A DNA stretch of 28,644 nt from a virus (lineage: Duplodnaviria; Heunggongvirae; Uroviricota; Caudoviricetes): IMG/VR virus record IMGVR_UViG_2711768060_000004, positions 1-28,644 of that record, one strand, 5' to 3'. The position numbers and the translations under genes are program-made. Every line of letters starts with the position of its first letter. The first letter of the stretch is position 1. Under the pieces are notes generated by a model that was not told the origin of the DNA, did not search any database, and saw only the letters and a list, made by a program, of their open reading frames with translations. Of the stretch, positions 16,711 to 24,401 are shown piece by piece.

Positions 16711-16833
16711 GCCTTTTTCCCTTTTCTGGTTAACGTGACATACCAATAACTCTTGTCGAAACAGCCAGCAAGCTGAAAGACCAGTATTCACAACCACCAG
16801 CGCGTTTAACGTCCTGTACCGTTTTTCTGGCAT

Positions 16834-16856
16834 AAAAAAACCCGCTCAGCGGCGGG
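16834..16856 (-). terminator. tR'-like terminator downstream of the Q-like gene
   Basis: Minus strand CCCGCcgctgaGCGGG followed by TTTTTTTATG, about 65 nt after the Q-like stop; the gap (16857-16922) is AT-rich and would hold the late promoter/qut, boxes not confidently assigned. Confidence 0.6.
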
Positions 16857-16922
16857 CCTTGCTTACTTTGCCATCGCGTACAAAATCGGCAAAATATCAA
16901 ATTTACACGAAATGTACGCGCT

Positions 16923-17618
16923 TTAATTGATTTTTGCAATATCTCGTCGCGAAAAGGTCGCTTTTTGTTGCGCTCTCATTTTCACTGTGCAAATCAAGGA
17001 TTCTGTATCAAGATTCTTAAAAATGTCGCACATCTCACGCCAGTAGTTCGCATAATTATGGCTCCAGTTGTCAGGTTTAACTCCACACAGTCTGGCAAGT
17101 TCCTGTCGCTGGTAGTTCTCATGCCCGGTTACCCATCCCCTGACATCCTGCGCCGCCAGCCAGATTAATTTTTTCAGGCGCTCCCGTGTTTTCTCCGCAA
17201 TTTTTCTGGTACCAGATTGCGCGTTAAATTCATTCCACGCCCACTGTGTTATCGCAATCTGGTGTTCCCAGCAAATGCTGCCGCTGTAACACCACAGCAA
17301 CCAGGCTTTATGGTGTTCTTCAAGAGACAGAACCGCCCGTCGCCATGATGATGTCGAAAACTCAACCTGACTTACCAGAGGAATTGACGTCCCCTTTGCC
17401 AGCGATTGTTTCCCCGGGATTGGTGGATTATCCCGCGTGATAATTTTTCCAGTCACTTCATCGCGGTACCGGATTTTTTTACGCCTGTAACGCCCTGTAT
17501 CGAACATGGCATTCTCCTGCCAGGCCTCAAGCTGACCTTTTGTTGCTCCACTCAAATCGGCGGTGGCGATAATGAGCTGCTCACGCACAAACTGTAAATA
17601 CTGGTTATTCATGCGCAC
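16923..17618 (-). CDS. Putative late-gene antiterminator (Q-like)
   Basis: 231 aa, directly after rusA and before a terminator plus late genes, the position of Q in lambdoid genomes. Sequence is not lambda Q; assignment is positional. Confidence 0.5.
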   Translation of the reverse strand: MRMNNQYLQFVREQLIIATADLSGATKGQLEAWQENAMFDTGRYRRKKIRYRDEVTGKIITRDNPPIPGKQSLAKGTSIPLVSQVEFSTSSWRRAVLSLEEHHKAWLLWCYSGSICWEHQIAITQWAWNEFNAQSGTRKIAEKTRERLKKLIWLAAQDVRGWVTGHENYQRQELARLCGVKPDNWSHNYANYWREMCDIFKNLDTESLICTVKMRAQQKATFSRRDIAKIN

Positions 17619-17968
17619 TCCAGTTCTGTGATTTTTATCCCCAACCGACCACCAGGAACAGGCAGTCCGCGCACAATATTTATTTCATCAAACTGCTCGT
17701 CGTCTATGAGAAGTCCGGCATGCGTCAGCGCATCCAGTGGTGCTTTCAGAATATTGTCCAGGTCACGACGGCGCTTATCCGGTGGCTCTGCAACAATCTT
17801 TATCGCCAGCCTTCCGGACAGGTTTAACTTCAGCCGCTGCTGGCGAACAATAAGCGCCACATCACGGCGATAACGCTCACCGGCTTTTGATACAAAATAT
17901 GTGCTGCCACGACGACGCCAGTAGGTGTTCACCGTCGGCGGGTAAGGCAAAACAAACTCTATACGCAT
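17609..17968 (-). CDS. rusA: Holliday junction resolvase RusA
   Basis: 119 aa; LPYPPTVNTYWRRRG...PDKRRRDLDNILKAPLDALTHAGLLIDDEQ...GGRL matches the RusA signature (PDxRRRDLDNxxKAxxDALT). Confidence 0.85.
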   Translation of the reverse strand: MRIEFVLPYPPTVNTYWRRRGSTYFVSKAGERYRRDVALIVRQQRLKLNLSGRLAIKIVAEPPDKRRRDLDNILKAPLDALTHAGLLIDDEQFDEINIVRGLPVPGGRLGIKITELECA

Positions 17969-17980
17969 CAGTAACCTCTT

Positions 17981-19030
17981 TTACCCGAGCACGCCGGTTG
18001 CAAAGGCGTGATCAAGAAAACGAAAAATTAAATCAACCTGGGAACCATGCTTTTCTTCAAACGCCAGCGGATCCGCATGAAGTTCATTGTGATGCTCCCG
18101 GCACAGCGGTAACGTGAAAATATCGTGGGCTTTTGTTCCCATTCCACCCTGACCATGACCAATCAGGTGATGGGGATCGTTGGCTGGCTGACCACAACAC
18201 GCACACGGCTGTGTCTTTACCCAGCGTGTGTATTTCTCATTTATCCAACGGCGACGTTTAGGTCGCTTCATGAAAGATTCCGGAGACTCCGGATCTACGG
18301 CAATGCTGACCACCGTCTTTTCCTGTGGTGCGTTCTGTTGCTGGTGGACGTGAGGCAACGGCGCAAGATTTTTTGTGCGCTGCTTCAGTATGCTGGTGGC
18401 GGTCTGCTCTCCCGGTATGATGTCGCTTTCGCGGTACACCGAGCGGATTTTTTCCGCACGTAATCCCAGCGAACGACGCAATACTGTCTCCGGTAGCGCG
18501 TCCGCCACCTGATTGCAGACTGCCCACCAGGATAATTCAGCCAGCGATAATTCCCGCTCCTGTGTGCCATTCATTGCCTGGCGTATGACGTCAATCATCC
18601 ATGCTGTCAGGTTTTGGTGAGCAAGTTGCCCGAGTGATTCGGAAGTCTGGTCACGCAGCTGGTTGTCGCAGTGCCAGCACAACACCATCGCGCCGGTACC
18701 GTAACGATGTATGACGGTTTCACTGTGATGGTAGTCACCATGAGGCCACTGGCAGGATTTGACATGACGCAGGAGCCAGTCAGACAATGCACCTGCGCCG
18801 CCGGCAGCACGAATCACCCGCTCATCGCTGAAAAATGGCAGCAGAGATTTATCTTCCGCCAGCGGCTGGCAAGCGGCAGGAACGACCCCGGACGGCAGCC
18901 CGCGCATGCTTTTCGGTTCAGGCTCCACCAGCACACGCCCCTGCATAAACAAAGGCATCGCATCAGGACCGGGCCTGAAAAGTACAATCCCCAGACGGTG
19001 AGCAATTTCAGGAGTCACTAATACCCGCAC
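17981..19030 (-). CDS. DUF968-family protein (YdfU-like) with C-terminal HNH-like Cys/His motif
   Basis: 349 aa, same length and position as Qin ydfU; C-terminus CACCGQPANDPHHLIGHGQGG...LPLCREHHNELH resembles an HNH/zinc-finger nuclease motif. Confidence 0.6.
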   Translation of the reverse strand: MRVLVTPEIAHRLGIVLFRPGPDAMPLFMQGRVLVEPEPKSMRGLPSGVVPAACQPLAEDKSLLPFFSDERVIRAAGGAGALSDWLLRHVKSCQWPHGDYHHSETVIHRYGTGAMVLCWHCDNQLRDQTSESLGQLAHQNLTAWMIDVIRQAMNGTQERELSLAELSWWAVCNQVADALPETVLRRSLGLRAEKIRSVYRESDIIPGEQTATSILKQRTKNLAPLPHVHQQQNAPQEKTVVSIAVDPESPESFMKRPKRRRWINEKYTRWVKTQPCACCGQPANDPHHLIGHGQGGMGTKAHDIFTLPLCREHHNELHADPLAFEEKHGSQVDLIFRFLDHAFATGVLG

Positions 19031-19031
19031 G

Positions 19032-19316
19032 TTACCTCCAGATGCGTTGCTGGAATGTGCGGGACGGACGCGGTGGGCGTTCGGAATAAGGGAGTCTGAC
19101 GTAGATTATCCAGTGACGATAATCGAGGGTGAGGGCTTTCCTAAACTCATACCCACGTCTGCGGTAGTTCTGAATCAGCCATTCGGCCTGTTCTTCAGTG
19201 CAGGGATCGTGCTGATACCAGTCATATTTGAATGCGTGAGAACGCCGCCCGTGCCTGCTGGCAAAGACGGCTGAATTATCAGAATTGTTAATTTTTTTGT
19301 AATGCACCACTACCAT
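19032..19316 (-). CDS. Hypothetical protein (94 aa)
   Basis: ORF abutting the DUF968 gene start within the minus-strand operon; no motif recognised. Confidence 0.4.
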   Translation of the reverse strand: MVVVHYKKINNSDNSAVFASRHGRRSHAFKYDWYQHDPCTEEQAEWLIQNYRRRGYEFRKALTLDYRHWIIYVRLPYSERPPRPSRTFQQRIWR

Positions 19317-19376
19317 CCTCGTAATGGTGCGACAGACGCCAGTTGTTCAGGCTGGCTTTAACTATAGCATTATAAT

Positions 19377-19571
19377 CTAGTCTTTCTTAATGCTGAAGTG
19401 ACTGACCGAATCCGCATGCGATTCTTTGGTGATCAGAATAACATCGGGTGGCAATGGCATTACGATAAATTCACCATTCTCAAGAACTATTACTTCATAA
19501 TTACCAGGTACAGAAAGCGCAGCAATTAATTCCTTATCGTTCATAACCAAAATCCCGTGAACTTTAAACAC
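19377..19571 (-). CDS. Hypothetical small protein (55-64 aa)
   Basis: Track ORF (GTG start) or internal ATG (MNDKELIAALSV...); a 12-bp perfect palindrome CCCCTTAAGGGG sits just upstream (19574-19585). Confidence 0.3.
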   Translation of the reverse strand: MFKVHGILVMNDKELIAALSVPGNYEVIVLENGEFIVMPLPPDVILITKESHADSVSHFSIKKD

Positions 19572-19728
19572 CTCCCCTTAAGGGGTCCATCCCTCTTCTC
19601 CCTGCGCGCTACTTAAGAGCCTCGATTCTAGCCGTGAAGACATACCAATCAACAGCAATAAGCCACCTGAATAACAGAATCAGCCAGCCACATCAGTACA
19701 ACCAGATGCATCATGCTCACTGAAAATA

Positions 19729-19790
19729 AACAACAAAAAACCCGCCGAAGCGCTGAGGGGTCCCCATAAATCAGCGCTAAAGCGGGTTAA
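19729..19790 (-). terminator. hok mRNA 3' terminator (long imperfect hairpin plus T-run)
   Basis: Minus strand CCCGC-TTT-AGCGCTGA-(tttatggggacccc)-TCAGCGCT-TCG-GCGGG followed by TTTTTTGTTGTTT, about 65 nt after the hok stop. Confidence 0.6.
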
Positions 19791-19855
19791 GTGCGGGTGC
19801 ATTGAGGATACCTGACAACTTAAAGAGTGGCGGGAATTGCTCCCCGCCGTAGCTC

Positions 19856-20008
19856 TTAACGTTTTTCAACTTCGTAGGCTAAATACGCTGAAAGCTCTGT
19901 GTTTCCCTGCCTGATGTGCAGCTCGCATAGCGAACCGCGAACCATCCAGACAAATATCAGAATGGTGATGCAAACCACCACCAGACAAAACACATAGCTC
20001 CTTCGCAT
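19856..20008 (-). CDS. hok: Hok/Gef-family type I toxin
   Basis: 50-aa ORF MRRSYVFCLVVVCITILIFVWMVRGSLCELHIRQGNTELSAYLAYEVEKR vs Hok ([34 protein letters not shown]): transmembrane helix plus conserved SLCE..R.G...A...AYE. Under 60 aa, so absent from the ORF track. Confidence 0.8.
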   Translation of the reverse strand: MRRSYVFCLVVVCITILIFVWMVRGSLCELHIRQGNTELSAYLAYEVEKR

Positions 20009-20066
20009 TACAGCCCCCTGTTAGTTGATTTCTTACTGTTAAGAGGCTAATCTTTATGTGTCGCAT
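19866..20066 (-). CDS. mok: mok-like overlapping reading frame (modulator of killing)
   Basis: 66-aa track ORF starts 58 nt upstream of hok and overlaps nearly all of it in another frame, the classic mok/hok arrangement. Confidence 0.6.
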   Translation of the reverse strand: MRHIKISLLTVRNQLTGGCNAKELCVLSGGGLHHHSDICLDGSRFAMRAAHQAGKHRAFSVFSLRS

Positions 20067-20125
20067 ACAGAATGCCTCAGATTAATGTTAAGCGTCTTGC
20101 CGGACGCGTAATGTTAACTGGGGCT
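20025..20125 (+). ncRNA. sok: Candidate Sok-like antisense RNA with its promoter
   Basis: Plus-strand TTGATT (20025-20030), 17-bp spacer, TAATCT (20048-20053); predicted start near 20060, antisense to the mok start region (mok ATG at 20066-20064). The 3' end is not defined. Confidence 0.4.
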
Positions 20126-20184
20126 TTTCTCTATCTGCCGTTGGTGTTCATGCCCGAGGCAGATAGCCTCAAGCACCCGCAGCA

Positions 20185-20212
20185 ATTCTACTTAACTCTC
20201 CTTTTCCCGCAA
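20185..20212 (-). promoter_or_regulatory. Candidate hok/mok mRNA promoter
   Basis: Minus strand TTGCGG (-35), 16-bp spacer, TAGAAT (-10); predicted leader of about 110 nt before mok, as in hok/sok loci. Confidence 0.4.
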
Positions 20213-20299
20213 ACCGTTTTTATCCCCAGCGGCAAATCGAATACACCACCAGCGCCACCGCCATCGCAATTCCTACCGTTGTGAATGCTTCAGGCCAAG

Positions 20300-20896
20300 T
20301 CATCGTAAAATATCCTCCGCGCTTATCAGTCCGTTCCGCTCCAGATAACTCATCGCCTTATCCGGTAATTTGCAGTCCGGCTTCGCTTTCCTCAATTGGC
20401 TAACCAGTTGTTTAATCAGCATTGTTAATTCCCGTACCTGAACGTCCCCTTTGGTATCCTCATTGGTGAGGATACCATCGTCTTTCCCCTGAAGCATGGC
20501 GGCGCAGCAGGCGTTCCATGAAATTTCCTGAAGGGAACGACGAATCTGTGTGCTGCATATACTCCTCCCTGACTCCTGGCTGTTAAACCATGTTTCAAAT
20601 TCCGGCACTACCGTCGCTGGCGGGGCGGTGTAAAGTGGAACAACTCGCCCTCCCCATTGCTTAACACTACTCTCCGCGAACACTAAATGCTCAGTCCGAT
20701 AATACCCGGGGGCATCAATATCTTTTCTTTCGCTATCCCACATGTAAACCACCGGCTCTGCTTCCAGCGATGCCAGTGCGATACGAAACACATTAGTAAG
20801 CAGGCTGTTTGAAGATTGGTTATCGTGCGCCGGATCGCTCAGGAAACCAGTGATGAATGATTTAATTTCCGCGTTTTCTCTGGTAATAGTGGTCAT
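20300..20896 (-). CDS. Hypothetical early-region protein (198 aa)
   Basis: Track ORF 20300..20986 trimmed to the ATG at about 20896 (MTTITRENAEIKSF...), 1 nt after the upstream small gene stop; no family recognised. Confidence 0.45.
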   Translation of the reverse strand: MTTITRENAEIKSFITGFLSDPAHDNQSSNSLLTNVFRIALASLEAEPVVYMWDSERKDIDAPGYYRTEHLVFAESSVKQWGGRVVPLYTAPPATVVPEFETWFNSQESGRSICSTQIRRSLQEISWNACCAAMLQGKDDGILTNEDTKGDVQVRELTMLIKQLVSQLRKAKPDCKLPDKAMSYLERNGLISAEDILR

Positions 20897-20897
20897 A

Positions 20898-21116
20898 TCA
20901 GTTTTCCTTATACGGATTAATTTTATTGTGTAGTGTGTTGAACGGCGCCCATACCACGTCGTTATACAATTCAATAACTGGCTCAATTATTTTCCCGATA
21001 AACCAGACCAGTAATAGCGGGGATATCGGTATCATCAACACGATAAACAGAATGAGAAACAGAAATTCTGTTGTTCTACTCTTTCGCGGATATTTTTTTC
21101 TAAATAATGTGACCAT
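20898..21116 (-). CDS. Small membrane protein (72 aa)
   Basis: MVTLFRKKYPRKSRTTEFLFLILFIVLMIPISPLLLVWFIGKII...: basic N-terminus then one or two transmembrane helices. Preceded by AGGAGG plus a perfect hairpin CCGCCCgaaaGGGCGG and an AT-rich tract. Confidence 0.4.
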   Translation of the reverse strand: MVTLFRKKYPRKSRTTEFLFLILFIVLMIPISPLLLVWFIGKIIEPVIELYNDVVWAPFNTLHNKINPYKEN

Positions 21117-21210
21117 TCATTACCGCCCTTTCGGGCGGCCTCCTGATGATTTGAGGGTGAAGGAATCCCTCCGGTTAAGGATTAAATTTTATTTGCAACA
21201 CTAAATTTAA

Positions 21211-21735
21211 TTATTCAGGCGAGCGAATCTGTTCCGCACAATGCAACAATGCTTCTGTCACTTCCTTAAGCGTTACGGTATCGGCATCATCCAGTCCTGC
21301 AACTTTTGCGTGCCTGACAAACGCCGCGCGAAGTTCGTCAAACGCCACCGCCCGTACATCAGCCAAGAAAGCATCTCTAGCCGGGGTTTGCGGCATACCT
21401 CCGTCTGTTGCGCAGATATACGCATCAGATATTTCATCCTGCTCGCCATTAAACACATAGCAACTCTGTACGATAAATTTATTCAGCCGCGCATTCTCCG
21501 CCGCCAGCGTCATGCGTTCTTTCTCAAGTCGGAAAATTTCAGTCACGTATTTGGCGTTTTCACCACCCTTGATTAACTCGTTAATTCGTTTGCTTTTAAT
21601 TTCCAGTTCATCCAGCAGTTCCAACACAACCTGAGGTGTGGCTTTCATACGAAATGCCAGCAATTTTTGTGGTGTGGCTGCTATTTTTATTGCTTCTGCC
21701 GCCCCACGCAGTGCCTGATAGTCAATCTTGCTCAC
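21211..21735 (-). CDS. Early protein, possibly Ead/Ea22-like (coiled-coil)
   Basis: 174 aa starting MSKIDYQALRGAAEA..., which recalls the N-termini of Ead/Ea22-like lambdoid proteins. Call from memory, low certainty. Confidence 0.35.
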   Translation of the reverse strand: MSKIDYQALRGAAEAIKIAATPQKLLAFRMKATPQVVLELLDELEIKSKRINELIKGGENAKYVTEIFRLEKERMTLAAENARLNKFIVQSCYVFNGEQDEISDAYICATDGGMPQTPARDAFLADVRAVAFDELRAAFVRHAKVAGLDDADTVTLKEVTEALLHCAEQIRSPE

Positions 21736-21988
21736 TGGTTGTCTCCTTTTTCCATGTTTTCAGACTTTCACCACAGAACGGACAAAATGAAACCCGCACT
21801 GGTGATTTAGAAAATTCACCGGAACGCAACATCACCAAATCAGGGCCGCGAGTTAAATTCTCATTCCAGATTTTGTATATCAGCAGACCTTTTCGCATCG
21901 TGTATTCAGCATCATGCTCAAGGGACTTTGCCAGTGCTGCACATGGTTCTATCTTGTTGCCCTTAACCTGGCATTTTGATTCACTCAC
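21722..21988 (-). CDS. Small hypothetical protein with CxxC zinc-ribbon-like motif
   Basis: 88 aa; overlapping start and stop with neighbours (translational coupling); ...CPFCGESL... plus upstream Cys. Confidence 0.4.
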   Translation of the reverse strand: MSESKCQVKGNKIEPCAALAKSLEHDAEYTMRKGLLIYKIWNENLTRGPDLVMLRSGEFSKSPVRVSFCPFCGESLKTWKKETTSEQD

Positions 21989-22407
21989 CGCACCACCTCC
22001 TGAAAATTACCCTGATAAAACGCCAGTACGCGCTGCATAGCTTCTCTCTTCCGGCACTCGCTACAGATTATGTTCTGACGCCTGTCGTAGCGGCGTATTT
22101 CTCCGTCTGGTAACTTTCGAATCAGTGTCAGGTCGGTTCTTTTCTCCGGTGTCTTACGCCATACGCGATACGCCTGCTCTGATGCAAAAACACCGTATTT
22201 ACCGGACATGTATAAATCGCCACAAGCCAGCACATCCACAAGGCAGCGTCGAACCGAATGCCAGCCTGCTCCCGTCGCTCTCTCCAGCTGTGACATCGTC
22301 ATGCGTCCATTTTTGCGTACCAATCCGATAATTCGTGCCTTCAGCTCTTCCCGCTGTTCGAGAGAAAAAGGTTTCGCCATAAATCCTCCTGAAAAAATCA
22401 CCTTCAC
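21985..22407 (-). CDS. Hypothetical protein (140 aa)
   Basis: ORF coupled to flanking genes in the early operon, downstream of the P-like gene; contains a CSECRK motif; no family recognised. Confidence 0.4.
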   Translation of the reverse strand: MKVIFSGGFMAKPFSLEQREELKARIIGLVRKNGRMTMSQLERATGAGWHSVRRCLVDVLACGDLYMSGKYGVFASEQAYRVWRKTPEKRTDLTLIRKLPDGEIRRYDRRQNIICSECRKREAMQRVLAFYQGNFQEVVR

Positions 22408-22410
22408 AAT

Positions 22411-23076
22411 TCATACAAAACCAGCCGCTTTCCGGCGTTCATACTCCTGTTTCAGCAACTCAATTGGTGTTGGCCCCGACGGGCGTTTTGGTGCTGCCAG
22501 TTGCCGCCGTACGGGCGGAACGCTGAAGCCGTCACCAACATGCTTTGCCCATTTCGTCAGTTGCCGTTCTGCAAGCCGTTTTAACTCCCCTTCGGTCATC
22601 TGGCGCTCAATCCCCTTTGAACGCATCTCGAGGCAAATGTGATACAGCACAGGCTGAGGCCACGGATATTTATCGCTTCCGTCGTATCGCCAAGACTCAT
22701 TGCGCCAGCGTCGGTACTCCTCCATCACAGCATCCACCGTCAGACCGAATGGATTGGCCCCGCTTTCCGAAATCAGCGCCACAAACTCAGCCAGGTCCGG
22801 AGGCCATGTTTCACCTGCCCTGCAACGGTCCATGCACTGGCGGCAGACCTGCCGGATTTGCTGCTCAGTCATCGCGCCAATCTGTGCAATCCAGAGCTTC
22901 GAAGGTGCGGCCCCGTTCTTCTGGGTCCAGCGGTTCGAATAAACCTCCCCCATGAGTTCCCACAGCTTCCAGGCAGTTTCCGTCGTTGATAAATCCGTTT
23001 TCACGCTCCCACCGCTCACGTGCTGCCCGAATTTCCTGAACTGCCCGTGATGCGGTGCCACCTGGTGCTGCTGCAT
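22411..23076 (-). CDS. Replication protein P-like (helicase loader)
   Basis: C-terminal half resembles lambda P ([13 protein letters not shown] vs [30 protein letters not shown]...[13 protein letters not shown] vs ESYPWKSNAHYWLVTNL...TDAELRRKAADEL). Start uncertain (ATG at 23076, about 22953 or about 22872); the longest form overlaps the O-like gene by about 210 nt. Confidence 0.6.
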   Translation of the reverse strand: MQQHQVAPHHGQFRKFGQHVSGGSVKTDLSTTETAWKLWELMGEVYSNRWTQKNGAAPSKLWIAQIGAMTEQQIRQVCRQCMDRCRAGETWPPDLAEFVALISESGANPFGLTVDAVMEEYRRWRNESWRYDGSDKYPWPQPVLYHICLEMRSKGIERQMTEGELKRLAERQLTKWAKHVGDGFSVPPVRRQLAAPKRPSGPTPIELLKQEYERRKAAGFV

Positions 23077-23911
23077 GGTTTACCCCCTTGCTGACTGGTT
23101 TAGCCTGCGCCCTGACGTGATTTACGTGACGGGCGAATTTCTGCTCCCACTGAACCTGCGTGAAAACTTTACCCTCCGCTGCCCAGTAGTCCCGGAAGGC
23201 GGCAAGTTCAGCTGGTGTAAATTCCGGCTCCGGCAGAGCCACTCCCCACAGAGCCGCCCGTCGTCGAAAATCCGGCGACGGATGCCAGCCATCGGTCATC
23301 GGAAATTTCCCGATGGGTTCGCTCAGGCCTTCCAGGTAATCAGGTTCCGCTGTTTGCAACGGCACGCCATTTGCCTCACTGGTCGGAGCACTCTCGCGCA
23401 CGCGCGCGTTATGTGTGGGGTTTAATTCTTTATCTGTATCTTTATCTGTCGTGACTCGTCGTGACATGTCGTGACATATGCGTGACTCGTCGCGCCCCCC
23501 CTCATTCTGTTTTCGTAATTTTTCCCTCTCGCGCTGCGCTCTCTTGCGCTCTGCCGGGGATTTCGCGGTTTGTGAAACGTTGCCATTGTCCTCTTTCAGT
23601 ACCTGGCGTTTTTCCCATCCACTGATCAAATCTCCATCAAGTACCCGCCCCTGCATTGCCTGTAAAATTGAATCAATTACTTCTTCCGTCACATCAAGCG
23701 CACTTGCTAAATCTTCCGCCGTGACATCAATGTGACCACGTAGTGACACGCCGTGACATGTCGTGACATTTCGTGACGCGCTCACCAGAAGGTGGATATA
23801 CACAGCCATCACTGTTGCGATTGGCTGTCCTGACACCCTGGAAATTGTTCGCCACTTAGGATCGTTTGGCATGTCATGCCATAATCTGAGCCAGGCGTTA
23901 GCCATACTCAC
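22865..23911 (-). CDS. Replication initiator (O-analog; YdaU/DUF1376-like N-terminus) containing iterons
   Basis: 348 aa (GTG start at 23911 or ATG two codons later); N-terminal domain then a hydrophilic linker encoded by iteron DNA ([16 protein letters not shown]); lies between immunity genes and the P-like gene. Confidence 0.5.
   Translation of the reverse strand: MSMANAWLRLWHDMPNDPKWRTISRVSGQPIATVMAVYIHLLVSASRNVTTCHGVSLRGHIDVTAEDLASALDVTEEVIDSILQAMQGRVLDGDLISGWEKRQVLKEDNGNVSQTAKSPAERKRAQREREKLRKQNEGGRDESRICHDMSRRVTTDKDTDKELNPTHNARVRESAPTSEANGVPLQTAEPDYLEGLSEPIGKFPMTDGWHPSPDFRRRAALWGVALPEPEFTPAELAAFRDYWAAEGKVFTQVQWEQKFARHVNHVRAQAKPVSKGVNHAAAPGGTASRAVQEIRAARERWERENGFINDGNCLEAVGTHGGGLFEPLDPEERGRTFEALDCTDWRDD
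23421..23490. repeat. Origin-like element: AT-rich tract plus four direct repeats of nnGTCGTGAC
   Basis: tttaattctttatctgtatctttatctgtc followed by GTGAC copies at about 23451, 23461, 23471, 23483 (10-12 bp spacing), inside the O-like gene as ori-lambda lies inside O. Confidence 0.55.
23719..23780. repeat. Six direct GTGAC(A) repeats at about 10.5-bp periodicity
   Basis: ccGTGACatcaatGTGACcacgtaGTGACacgccGTGACatgtcGTGACatttcGTGACgcgc, within the 5' part of the O-like gene. Confidence 0.55.
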
Positions 23912-23975
23912 CTCTTCTGATACCGAATCTTTTACTCACGAATTGCCGGAAGCGATCCGGTATGAATATTGTCAG

Positions 23976-24401
23976 TCAATGCACAACCACAATATTTCCC
24001 GCCGGGCCACCACGATTCATCTGGTTGAAACCAGCGATCGCCACTGCGACAAAATCATCAGCGTCTCTCACCAGTCGTTCCCGCGTCTCCACCAGCTCCC
24101 GAAAATAGGCTGAACTGTGGCTGCGCATTCGGGCCACCAGCAGCGGCGGCATTGCCTTTTCGATCGCTGGTAACAGCGCCTGAATTTTTTTAACCGCATC
24201 AGGGGTGTCTTTCTCCACCCAGCGGAAAATTTTCTGAGTATTGCGAGCTAGGGCTTCCGGATAACTGTCGTCATACAGTTCCGGGAATGTCATACCCAGC
24301 TCAAAATAAGCCCGGGTTATTTCAGCTGCCGGAACTTTTTCACCGTCCGGATGCGCCCAGGCACTCATCGCCATGCGGATGTGTTCATGCTTGATTTTCA
24401 T
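23976..24401 (-). CDS. ydaT: YdaT-like protein (Rac prophage YdaT family)
   Basis: 141 aa, begins MKIKHEHI and ends ...VVVH as I recall for E. coli YdaT; immediately downstream of the Cro-like YdaS homolog. Confidence 0.55.
   Translation of the reverse strand: MKIKHEHIRMAMSAWAHPDGEKVPAAEITRAYFELGMTFPELYDDSYPEALARNTQKIFRWVEKDTPDAVKKIQALLPAIEKAMPPLLVARMRSHSSAYFRELVETRERLVRDADDFVAVAIAGFNQMNRGGPAGNIVVVH

Noticed and set aside
20072-20284. 70-aa plus-strand ORF opposite the hok leader
   Set aside because: Lies antisense to the hok/mok mRNA leader and promoter, is Pro/Leu-rich and has no Shine-Dalgarno; the Sok-like antisense RNA explains plus-strand transcription here.
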